IMG/VR virus record: IMGVR_UViG_3300001344_000002
Source: an uncultured virus (IMG/VR IMGVR_UViG_3300001344_000002)
Taxonomy: Duplodnaviria; Heunggongvirae; Uroviricota; Caudoviricetes
DNA: 20,000 nt
Direction: 5' to 3' (one strand)
Below the pieces are notes generated by a model. That model was not told the origin of the DNA. It searched no databases and worked only from the letters and a program-made list of their open reading frames with translations. Shown here in pieces: positions 18,069 through 20,000 of this stretch; within the stretch, counting starts at the first letter, position 1; each line of letters starts with the position of its first letter. A program made the position numbers and the translations under genes.

Positions 18069-20000
18069 TTAAGAATTGCCTAGCAGGTTAGTCATTATGT
18101 AATTCTGCGGTGACAATCCTCTTTGTTTTGCATCTCTATAGTGTATTCTATTTAATTTATCATAAATTTTTTCTGCTTCTATTTTATCATTACCTGTATA
18201 ACCACCATTCATAAACTTTTTGTAAGTAAGGTATTTATTAATTGAACCACCAAATTCTTTTTTGCCTATAAATTCATTATAACCTTTTAAAAATCTATCA
18301 TAATGATTCTTATCTGTTCTATTATATGTATCCATGTAGTAATTATACAATGCTTTAGGATCTTTACTAGATGGCAATGGATTTTTATTTGTTCCATATT
18401 GATATCTTGATGCAGCAACATTTGCTTTTATATCATTACGTAGATGTTCATCCATATGCTCTAGATCATAACCCATACTGTCAAACCAATCTATATATTT
18501 TTTTTGACTTGCAGTATAATCATTTGCACCTTTTCTCATTTCAAACATATGCTTATAAGCTATATCATCTATTGACATAGGACCCCTTGTATAATCTCTA
18601 CCATAAGCATCTGCATTAGCCCCATAAGAATTTTCCATAAAAGCAGTCATAATTAACAAATCTCTTAAGTTTTCATCTCCTCCTTGATCATTTACTATAA
18701 AATTAATTGCATCAGTAAGTTCAGTTCTTCTTGTTTGAGATTCTTCATCTATATCTCTATATGGGTTATATGTCTTTTTAGCCAACTGTTTGTTTATAGC
18801 ATCTAGATTTTTCTCTACTTCTCCTTTGTCTTGGTATTCTTCTAAAGACTCACCGCCTTTCTGTTTGTATATATTAGGATCAGTCATATCAAACATACCA
18901 TTATTACCTATTGATGATTTCATTTGATTATTAAAAGGAGTTACTCCTTCTTGTAAAGGGCTGTCTATAGCTCTTAAAAAATCTCCACCTTGATCAATAA
19001 AACTTTCTTTTACTGGATTTCTAGGAAAATTCATTTTTATAAAACTAATGATGTCGTCATCTGTTTTAAGCCATTGATTTTGTTTAATCAACCTTTTTCC
19101 TAGATCACTAGCTTTCCAATCAGCTAATGAAGGTAAGTTATCCATAATTTTACCAAAGTTTCTATAATCTAAAATATCATCAGTAGTGAGTGGATTTTTA
19201 GCATTAATATAAAGCTCATATAAATTTGCTGTAGGTTTATCAGTCCCACTCTTACCAGCTATCTTTTTGGTTCTATTTTTATTTGGATTAGCATAAGATT
19301 TGAGTATAGCTTCTTTATCAGTGCTTGTATAAACACCCTTTCCATATTCACCACTATAAAATTTACTTTCATCAAAGATATCAAACTTACTACCACTGCC
19401 ATGATAGTTTATTAAAGGAGACCCACTATCATCTAAAAGGGCATTTGGAAAAGCTTTTTTATAATTACTACTTCTTATCTGTACCCATTGCTCAGGTGTG
19501 CCTTTAAACATAGAGCCATCTGGATTCTTCATCCATGTACCATCTGCTTTTCCAATTTTTTCAATAGCATTATACTCTTCCATGAGAGATTTATTATTTG
19601 GTATTTCTTTATTCCATTTACTCCAATTTGGTCTTACTGATGGAATTCTACCCTTAACATTTGCATTAGCATTGCTCATTGACCTACTTGTATTTGCTGC
19701 AATCTTTTGTAAAGGTGTCTTAAGATTTTTTGCAGCTACTAAAGATGCTGGTATAAAGGGTAAAGCACCCAAGGTGTTAAAGGTTGCATTTAAATACTCT
19801 TCTTCTTTAAAATCTTGAGCAGCATTTTCTCCATACTGATACCATGCAAAAGGATTTAAAATATCAACAACCATGTCAAAGTTATTTCTATTAGGATTAT
19901 TAACATCTAATCCATCAGGAATATCTTCACCTCTTACACTATAACCAAAAGAAGTAAAAGGATTTGCTAAATAGTCTGCTGCTTTTTCATACCAAGCTGG
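18069..20000 (-). CDS. Polyvalent phage protein (at least 643 aa, 5'-truncated): pre-toxin-like segment, ADP-ribosyltransferase (ART-PolyVal-like) and lysozyme-like domain
   Basis: The track calls 18069..19874, but the frame stays open to 20000 (PAWYEKAADYLANPFTSFGYSVRGEDIPDGLDVNNPNRNNFD-MVVD...), so the true start is probably outside the window. ART motifs: PLINYHGS, YGKGVYTST, KSYA, LYINAKNP, QEGVTPFNNQMKSSIGNNGMFD. Confidence 0.85.
   Translation of the reverse strand, partial: PAWYEKAADYLANPFTSFGYSVRGEDIPDGLDVNNPNRNNFDMVVDILNPFAWYQYGENAAQDFKEEEYLNATFNTLGALPFIPASLVAAKNLKTPLQKIAANTSRSMSNANANVKGRIPSVRPNWSKWNKEIPNNKSLMEEYNAIEKIGKADGTWMKNPDGSMFKGTPEQWVQIRSSNYKKAFPNALLDDSGSPLINYHGSGSKFDIFDESKFYSGEYGKGVYTSTDKEAILKSYANPNKNRTKKIAGKSGTDKPTANLYELYINAKNPLTTDDILDYRNFGKIMDNLPSLADWKASDLGKRLIKQNQWLKTDDDIISFIKMNFPRNPVKESFIDQGGDFLRAIDSPLQEGVTPFNNQMKSSIGNNGMFDMTDPNIYKQKGGESLEEYQDKGEVEKNLDAINKQLAKKTYNPYRDIDEESQTRRTELTDAINFIVNDQGGDENLRDLLIMTAFMENSYGANADAYGRDYTRGPMSIDDIAYKHMFEMRKGANDYTASQKKYIDWFDSMGYDLEHMDEHLRNDIKANVAASRYQYGTNKNPLPSSKDPKALYNYYMDTYNRTDKNHYDRFLKGYNEFIGKKEFGGSINKYLTYKKFMNGGYTGNDKIEAEKIYDKLNRIHYRDAKQRGLSPQNYIMTNLLGNS
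18270..18722 (-). other. Probable lysozyme/transglycosylase-like domain
   Basis: A helix ends in a Glu (LLIMTAFMENSYG, Glu at 18633-18635). It is followed by a GxMQ-like strand (RGPMSID), then NVAASRYQY, PLP and YYMDTYN. This is the motif order of lysozyme-superfamily folds, but the matches are divergent. Confidence 0.5.
18867..19538 (-). other. ART-PolyVal-like ADP-ribosyltransferase domain
   Basis: WMKNPDGS...PEQWVQIRSSNYKKAF leader; YHG (His at 19401-19403); GxGVY; YA; YINAKNP; candidate catalytic Glu at 18948-18950; C-terminal QMKSSIGNNGMFDMTDPNI, matching the QIKS..GNNG.FD...pdI signature of this family. Confidence 0.8.

Noticed and set aside
14043..19818. Short ORFs at 14043-14231(-), 15386-15643(+), 16493-16717(-), 18371-18580(+), 19325-19507(+) and 19498-19818(+)
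   Set aside because: All are fully nested in long genes, in alternative frames or antisense, with no recognisable motifs. None is placed like an immunity gene for the ART.
19872..19874. ATG at 19874 as the start of the ART-containing gene
   Set aside because: The frame stays open and protein-like up to position 20000, so this is probably an internal Met.
1..20000. Stop-codon reassignment (TAG/TGA recoding known in some crAss-like phages)
   Set aside because: All long ORFs are open under the standard bacterial code. The apparent 9-kb gap in the ORF track is explained by edge truncation, not recoding.
1..20000. CRISPR array, tRNA/rRNA, IS/integrase, intron/intein or DNA-level tandem repeats
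   Set aside because: Non-coding space totals only about 125 nt and no such signatures were seen by eye. The GG motifs repeat at the protein level, not as identical DNA repeats.

Overview
AT-rich, densely coding window. All five real genes lie on the minus strand in one tightly packed run (gaps of 2-59 nt; the four visible stop codons are all TAA). In transcription order: (1) a 5'-truncated multidomain protein of at least 643 aa with a pre-toxin-like segment, an ART-PolyVal-type ADP-ribosyltransferase and a probable lysozyme-like domain; (2) an 888-aa protein built from short modules separated by xxxGG(E) motifs; (3) a 997-aa protein with an EAEGGE...GPRHSSGGV...FVFSD domain; (4) a 1107-aa protein; (5) a giant ORF of at least 2986 aa, absent from the supplied ORF track because it runs off the left edge. 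The giant ORF has an N-terminal Gly/Ala-rich, probably membrane-inserting region and a zincin HEAFH...EE metallopeptidase motif. Gene sizes, gene order, motifs, the lack of Shine-Dalgarno sites and a consensus Bacteroidota TTTG-N19-TAnnTTTG promoter best fit the virion cargo/ejection (virion RNA polymerase-associated) module of a crAss-like or related Bacteroidota phage. Family assignments come from motif recognition only; no database search was run, and the giant ORF was only partly translated by hand.
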